A stretch of DNA of 49,410 nt, from assembly GCA_963929465.1 (NCBI GenBank), contig CAWVJG010000029.1:1-49410 (forward strand), read 5' to 3'. Below, piece after piece: positions 45,083-49,410 of this stretch. A model generated the notes under the pieces. It did no database searches, was not told the DNA's origin, and saw only the letters and a list, made by a program, of their open reading frames with translations. The number at the start of each line of letters is the position of its first letter. Position 1 is the stretch's first letter. Source of the DNA: Bacillota bacterium. Its GTDB lineage: Bacteria; Bacillota; Clostridia; TANB77; CAG-508. Made by a program: the position numbers and the translations under genes.

Positions 45083-45979
45083 CTATTTGGTTTCACTTTT
45101 TTCTATATTTTTTAATATATTTTCTAATTCTTTTTTATTAAAATGATATTTCTTATTACAGAAATGACAAACCAATTCCGCTTCTCCTTCTTTTTCAATA
45201 ATATCTTGCATTTCTTCTTTACCAATTGTCATTAAAGCATCTTGCATATGTTCTTTTGAGCAGTCACATTTAAATTCTGGTACAATACTATCTTCTAAGA
45301 TTTCTACATTTTCGTCTCCAGTTATTTTTTTTGCAATTTCTTCTAATGTTAAGTTTTGATCCAACATTTTTGACATTGCTCCAGCCTTAAATATTGATTG
45401 TTCTACTATTGATATATCTTCCTCTGTCGCATCTGGCATTGGATTAATTAGATATCCGCCACTTGCTCTCACCCCATTTTTATCTACTAACACACCTAGT
45501 GCAACTGCTGAATTTCTTTGTTCTGAATTGACAAAATAATTTGCAAAATCTTCTGCAATCTCACCTGATACTAATGGAGATATTCCAATATATGGATCTT
45601 TTAATCCAATATCTTTTACTACATTAATATATCCCTCATATCCTACTGCTCCACTAACATCTAATTTTCCATCTTCATTTAATGGCAATTCTACAACTGG
45701 ATTTGTCGCATATCCTTTTACAATTGGTTTATTATTTGCTGTTGCAATCATAACACCAATTGGTCCATTTCCTTTTAATTGAACTGTTAATTTATCTTTA
45801 CTTCCTTTCATTTCTGTTGCCATGATAGCTGTTATTGTTAATAGTCTTCCAAATGCAGCAGTTACAACAGGACTCATATCATGTATTTTTCTAGCTTCTT
45901 CTACCATTTTTGTTGTATTCGCACATATCACTGAAACTCTCCCACCATGTGCTAAAAATTTGATTATTTTATCTGACAT
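45083..45979 (-). CDS. hslO: Redox-regulated chaperone Hsp33
   Basis: 298 aa with the C-terminal zinc centre CDCS ... CHFC. Confidence 0.9.
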   Translation of the reverse strand: MSDKIIKFLAHGGRVSVICANTTKMVEEARKIHDMSPVVTAAFGRLLTITAIMATEMKGSKDKLTVQLKGNGPIGVMIATANNKPIVKGYATNPVVELPLNEDGKLDVSGAVGYEGYINVVKDIGLKDPYIGISPLVSGEIAEDFANYFVNSEQRNSAVALGVLVDKNGVRASGGYLINPMPDATEEDISIVEQSIFKAGAMSKMLDQNLTLEEIAKKITGDENVEILEDSIVPEFKCDCSKEHMQDALMTIGKEEMQDIIEKEGEAELVCHFCNKKYHFNKKELENILKNIEKSETK

Positions 45980-46056
45980 TTCGTCTTTCCCTCATTTCCT
46001 TTTAAATTTTGTTTTCGTTTATTTATATCATAAATCTTTACTTTTTTCAAGTTATT

Positions 46057-46326
46057 ATGGGTTAGGACAATAGCGGGCTTTTTTTAACATTTTTCTGTTC
46101 ATAACATTTCAAAGCCCGCGTCATTTCTCCGCATAACTTATCTGTAGCTTGCTTTGCTTCGCACAGCTAAGAAATGTTCGGCGCCAAATTTTACGTTAGT
46201 AAAATTTGTGTGTAATCGTTAGAGCGAAGCGTAAAGATTTGTCGACGCAAAAAATTGCATAGCAATTTTTCTGTGCAACGTTGTTTTTTGTTGAATAGGA
46301 AAAACTCGCTTTTTCCTATTCAACAA
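46057..46326. repeat. Repeat C2 (composite: C3-like module plus C1-like module)
   Basis: 46057-46233 parallels 48539-48656 (ttag.acaatagcgggcttttt, cccgcgt, gttcggcgcc, aattttac-GNNA-gtaaaatt, aatcgttag..cgaagcgt), and 46226-46326 parallels C1. Confidence 0.85.
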
Positions 46327-46352
46327 AAGAGCAGTATCTTTTCAACTGCTCT
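46320..46352 (-). terminator. Terminator of the TagO-rubredoxin gene
   Basis: The stem agagcagt/actgctct starts 2 nt after the stop and is followed by TTTTG. Confidence 0.6.
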
Positions 46353-46353
46353 T

Positions 46354-47596
46354 TTACTGATGTATCTCAAACATATCTTTTCCTTCGCCACAAACTGGGC
46401 AAACCCAATCATCTGGTAAATCTTCAAAAGGTGTTCCTGCTGGTATGCCTGCTTTTTCATTTCCAAACTTTGGATTATATATATATTTACACTCTATACA
46501 TTCATATCTTTGGTTATCTGTTTTTTCTGTTTTAAAGTTTCTATATCCTAAACTAATTGCCACAATTACCATAAGTAAAAATGATAATGCTTTCCATATT
46601 CCGCTTTCTAACATAATCACTGCAAATATTCCAAATGTCGCACTAATTCCATATAATATTAGAACTGCTTGTTTTTGACTAAACCCTTTGGCTACAATCC
46701 TATGATGTAAATGTCCTTTATCTGCTTTAAATATGGCTTTAATAGATTTTCCTTTGATTAGTCTTCTAATAATTGCCCAAAATGTATCAAATAATGGTAA
46801 TCCCAAAACAATTAATGGTAATACAATAACAGCTGCAGTATAGGTTTTGGCTACTCCTAAAATAGAAATAATAGATAATGAAAATCCTAAGAAATTTGAT
46901 CCAGTATCTCCTATAAATGTTTTTGCTGGTGCAAAATTAAATGGTAAAAATCCAACCAAAGCACCTGCAAGTGCTGTTATAAGTAATATAGCTACCATTG
47001 GCGAATCATTTAATACAAATATGATTAATAGTGAAATTGCTGATATAACAGATATTCCTGAAGATAAACCATCTAATCCGTCTATCAAATTAATCGCATT
47101 TGTTACACCTACAATCCAAATAACGGTTATGATAATAGAAAACATTTCTTGCATTTCTATTGTGTTTAAAAATGGTAATGTGATATCTTCTATTCTTATG
47201 CCAAAGGCCACAGCCACAATTGCTGCCAATACTTGTCCTATCAACTTTGTTATTGGTTTTATTGTCTTTATATCATCAACAACACATACAATTGAAATAA
47301 TCAATATTCCCAAAAACATTCCTAATAACTTTTGTCCATATTGTTCTATTCCGAAATAAGTTGATTGAATTTTCTATACTCATAACAATTAATAGATAAA
47401 TGACAGAAACTAAGAAACCTAATATGACTGCTGGTCCACCAAATTTGGGCATTGCCTTTTTATGCATTCTTCTTTGATCTTTCGGAACATCTACTGCACC
47501 CACTTTATGCGCAATTTTAATAGTATATGGTGTTGCCATAAATGTTACGATAAATGCAAGCAAAAATGCAATTGCAATATCTCCCCACATATTCAT
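46354..47596 (-). pseudogene. TagO/WecA-type (GT4, MraY-like) phosphosugar transferase fused to C-terminal rubredoxin, split by a 1-nt frameshift
   Basis: The N-part ends ...[11 protein letters not shown] and then goes out of frame. The C-part resumes [27 protein letters not shown] in another frame. Removing one A from the AAA run at 47354-47356 (plus strand) restores a single ORF. The C-terminal 51 aa are a canonical rubredoxin (CIEC ... WVCPVCG). Confidence 0.75.
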
Positions 47597-47605
47597 TCCT
47601 CCATA

Positions 47606-48052
47606 TTATTTCATATTTTCATTTTCAATTTCTTCAATTATTTTGATTCTTTCCATATGTCTTCCGCCTTCAAATTCTGTTGCAATCCACATCCTTAATA
47701 TACAAATTGCTTCATTAACACTTACATAATCTGCTCCTAATGCTAATATATTGCTATCATTATGTAATCTTGAAAATTTTGCTGTTTCTTCATTATAACA
47801 TGGTGTACTTCTAATTCCTTTAAATTTATTTGCTACAATACTCATTCCTAAACCAGAACGACAAATTAGTATTCCTCTTTCTGCTTCTCCTTTTTGAACA
47901 GAAAGTGCAACTTCTTTTGCAATGTTAGGATAATCCACCCTTTCTTCATTCATACAACCATAATCTATATATTTTATTTCTTTTTCATCTAAGTATCTTT
48001 TTATTTCTTCTTTTAACTTATATCCTCCATGATCACAACCAATTGCTATCAT
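47606..48052 (-). CDS. rpiB: Ribose-5-phosphate isomerase B
   Basis: MIAIGCDHGGYKLKEEI, 148 aa, LacAB/RpiB family. Confidence 0.9.
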   Translation of the reverse strand: MIAIGCDHGGYKLKEEIKRYLDEKEIKYIDYGCMNEERVDYPNIAKEVALSVQKGEAERGILICRSGLGMSIVANKFKGIRSTPCYNEETAKFSRLHNDSNILALGADYVSVNEAICILRMWIATEFEGGRHMERIKIIEEIENENMK

Positions 48053-48070
48053 CTTTCTTCCTCCTTTTTA

Positions 48071-48125
48071 AACAATAGGGACGTGTCAAATCGTTCAAAA
48101 TCTGAACGAAAGGGACAGACCCATT
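48071..48125. repeat. Repeat A4: degenerate A-family boxes
   Basis: agggacgtgtcaaatcg (compare A2 agggacaggcaaatcg) and agggacagacccattt (compare ggggacggactcattt). Confidence 0.5.
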
Positions 48126-48200
48126 TATTCATATTTTTATCTCTATATAAAAATATATCATAAGTTTTTTTATAATACAATAATAAATTGTAAAATTCAC

Positions 48201-48229
48201 TTGCATTTCATAAAAAAATGTGTTAGAAT
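48201..48229 (+). promoter_or_regulatory. SigA-type promoter of rpsT
   Basis: TTGCAT-17 nt-TAGAAT, with TGTG upstream of the -10. Confidence 0.55.
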
Positions 48230-48274
48230 ATCAGATGTTATAATGAATAATTGACTAAGAGGAGGTGCTTATAG

Positions 48275-48541
48275 ATGCCAAATATTAAATCAGCTAAGAA
48301 AAGAGTTAAAGTAATTGAGAAAAAAACTTTAAGAAATAATATGATAAAATCTGGATATAAATCAGCTGTTAGAAAATTTGAAGAAGCTGTTGAGGCTGGA
48401 AATTTAGAAGAAGCCAAAGTTCTATTTTCTGAAGCAACTAAAAAAATAGATCAAGCTTGTACAAAAGGTGTTATTGTAAAGAACACTGCAGCTAGAAAAA
48501 AATCTAATTTATCAAAAAAATTAAATGCCGCTATGGCTTAG
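48275..48541 (+). CDS. rpsT: 30S ribosomal protein S20
   Basis: [13 protein letters not shown]..., 88 aa, RBS GAGGAGG. Confidence 0.95.
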   Translation: MPNIKSAKKRVKVIEKKTLRNNMIKSGYKSAVRKFEEAVEAGNLEEAKVLFSEATKKIDQACTKGVIVKNTAARKKSNLSKKLNAAMA

Positions 48542-48560
48542 AACAATAGCGGGCTTTTTT
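48527..48560 (+). terminator. Terminator of rpsT (3' arm belongs to repeat C3)
   Basis: The stem gccgctat/atagcgggc spans the stop codon and is followed by T6. Confidence 0.7.
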
Positions 48561-48695
48561 AGATATTTTCTTTGTTTGTAATATTTAATCCCGCGTAATT
48601 GTTCGGCGCCAATTTTACGCAAGTAAAATTGTGTGCAATCGTTAGCACGAAGCGTCGTTCTTGGATAGAAAAAATGCTTTTTACTATCCAAGAAC
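48539..48695. repeat. Repeat C3 (left-hand module of family C, starts at the rpsT stop)
   Basis: See C2. It ends in the hairpin gttcttggatagaaaaa/tttttactatccaagaac (48657-48695). Confidence 0.85.
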
Positions 48696-48789
48696 TAAAT
48701 AAAGATTATGCATAGTTTTTATTAAAAACAATGGTTAAAACTTCCATTGTTTTTTTTCTTCTTTCATGTTACGATAAATATAGTATTTT

Positions 48790-49062
48790 ATGAATAGAGG
48801 TGTCCCATTTATGATGAAAATATTTATGCAAATTTATAGAAATTTGGATAAAAAAATATCACATATTTTGAAAATTGGTCTTTCTTTTTCTTTTATCATC
48901 TGCTTACTTTCGGCAATGGTTTTACTTACATATATGCTATTTTTTACATATCCAATCATTTATTATATAGGAATTTTGGGAATTGTACTTGGATTAAATT
49001 TTGCTATGAGTTTTATTATTTCAGCTACCATTATTGATGATGTAAAAAAAGAAAGTTTTTAA
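48790..49062 (+). CDS. Hypothetical small membrane protein
   Basis: Two predicted TM helices. AGAGGTG precedes the ATG at 48811, the likely start. Confidence 0.4.
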   Translation: MNRGVPFMMKIFMQIYRNLDKKISHILKIGLSFSFIICLLSAMVLLTYMLFFTYPIIYYIGILGIVLGLNFAMSFIISATIIDDVKKESF

Positions 49063-49100
49063 TAATACAATATATGATAAAAATTTTCTATGTATATTTC

Positions 49101-49129
49101 TTGACAAAATTACATAAACTGTGTAAAAT
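49101..49129 (+). promoter_or_regulatory. SigA-type promoter of the T-box leader
   Basis: TTGACA (49101-49106), 17-nt spacer ending in TGTG, TAAAAT (49124-49129). Confidence 0.55.
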
Positions 49130-49135
49130 AGTATC

Positions 49136-49368
49136 TAACAATTCAAAATATATTTGCGTTTGAACAATGAAAGCAGTTAGAAGTTACTTTTAGAGAATAA
49201 GGGTCACTGGCTGAAAGCCCTTTAAGGTCAACCTAAACTTGTGAAACACATTGGAGCAATTTTTAATAAAGTGGAAAATTAAATAGATGCATATATTTAT
49301 TTAGTTTTCAAGCTGGGTGGTACCGCGGATTTATTTCGTCCCTGCAATTTTGCAAAGGGCGTTTTTTT
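49136..49368 (+). promoter_or_regulatory. T-box riboswitch leader (specifier most consistent with AAC, Asn)
   Basis: It has a stem I with a GA/K-turn (AAUGAAAG) and an AGAGA box. The conserved T-box sequence AGCTGGGTGGTACCGCGG is at 49311-49328. A terminator hairpin at 49337-49361 is followed by a T7 run. The regulated gene lies beyond the window. Confidence 0.85.
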
Positions 49369-49410
49369 GTACCCTTTTTCAGATACAAATGATGCTCTAA
49401 CAAATTTAAA

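Overview
This is a low-GC Firmicute (Clostridia-like) chromosomal segment. It is densely packed with housekeeping genes, most of them on the minus strand: dapL-dapF, mnmA, aspS, dus, rodA-minE-minD, an M23/M50 (SpoIVFA/SpoIVFB-like) pair, spo0A, rpsF-ssb-rpsR, a P-type Ca-ATPase, smc, ppaC, hslO, rpiB and rpsT, with a T-box leader at the right edge. I found no rRNA or tRNA genes, CRISPR arrays, integrases, transposases or prophage genes. The unusual content is mostly non-coding. (1) At least 12 intergenic spacers carry interrelated palindromic repeats built from AT-rich stems and conserved GC-rich boxes. I call them families A, V, B, C and D. They include three 200-230 bp foldback elements whose long outer arms differ between copies but pair perfectly within each copy, while unpaired internal boxes are conserved. 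(2) There is a type I toxin-antitoxin-like locus with convergent promoters, whose hydrophobic ORF carries an in-frame stop. A toxin-less paralogue of it forms the leader of a TSCPD gene. (3) A mazF toxin gene has no room for an antitoxin gene. It sits next to an HD-GYP gene and a compositionally atypical tandem SpoT-type HD gene. (4) An unrecognised three-gene operon (ProA-like remnant, 159 aa, 788-aa repeat protein) has its own promoter. (5) Two genes (ytaF-like and a TagO/WecA-like gene fused to rubredoxin) are broken by single-base homopolymer frameshifts. All calls rest on reading the sequence and recalling family motifs. No database search was run.
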